Part shown: positions 63,884 to 64,000 of the stretch, one piece after another
Numbering within the stretch: position 1 is the first letter of the stretch
How the letters are laid out: the number at the start of each line of letters is the position of its first letter
Origin: Octopus sinensis
Taxonomy: Eukaryota
DNA length: 64,000 nt
Assembly (NCBI RefSeq): GCF_006345805.1
Contig: NW_021830470.1
Coordinates: 1 to 64,000, forward strand
Direction of reading: 5' to 3'
The notes under the pieces: generated by a model
Databases searched by the model: none
What the model saw: the letters and a program-made list of their open reading frames with translations, nothing else
Told to the model about the DNA's origin: nothing
Position numbers and translations under genes: made by a program

Positions 63884-64000
63884 TCTTTTCGGTTTGAACG
63901 GCAGTTTTTTCTGGCGGTGTCATATGAAATTGTCACCTATAATTATGACCCTAGTATCGATCTATTGCATTTCAATCTGTTTTAGGGTTAGGGTTAGGGG
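63884..64000 (-). mobile_element. MITE-A right end running off the window, with (TTAGGG)3
   Basis: GGATCTTTTCGGTTTGAACGGCAG...TTAGGGTTAGGGTTAGGGG. Confidence 0.8.

Noticed and set aside
63982-64000. (TTAGGG)3 as a telomere or chromosome end
   Set aside because: Internal part of MITE-A, seen in other copies (47535, 15503).

Overview
AT-rich eukaryotic (animal) genomic DNA. It is most consistent with a coleoid cephalopod (Octopus-like) C2H2 zinc-finger gene cluster; this taxon call is an inference from the ZNF style and repeat content. The window holds two intact minus-strand tandem-C2H2 ORFs (14 fingers at 5680-6924, 10 fingers at 53962-54852) with no recognisable effector domain, plus at least four ZNF pseudogene remnants. 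Paralogous splice-acceptor, first-exon/donor and 3'-flank blocks support a repeated two-exon gene unit. Most of the rest is transposon-derived: an RTE LINE (two large copies, many 3'UTR fragments), two other RTE families, CR1 3' ends, at least five tRNA-derived SINE families, non-autonomous Helitrons, hAT MITEs, GGATC-ended MITEs with 8-bp TSDs, a SINE-shattered Merlin (IS1595-like) transposase, and a Penelope-type minimal hammerhead ribozyme. Nearly every element class shows local tandem amplification (33-215 bp units), including an already-dead zinc finger. Most long ORFs in the track are microsatellite or minisatellite artefacts. Coordinates, copy numbers and identities were read by eye and are approximate (+/- a few to tens of bp) unless a motif is quoted.
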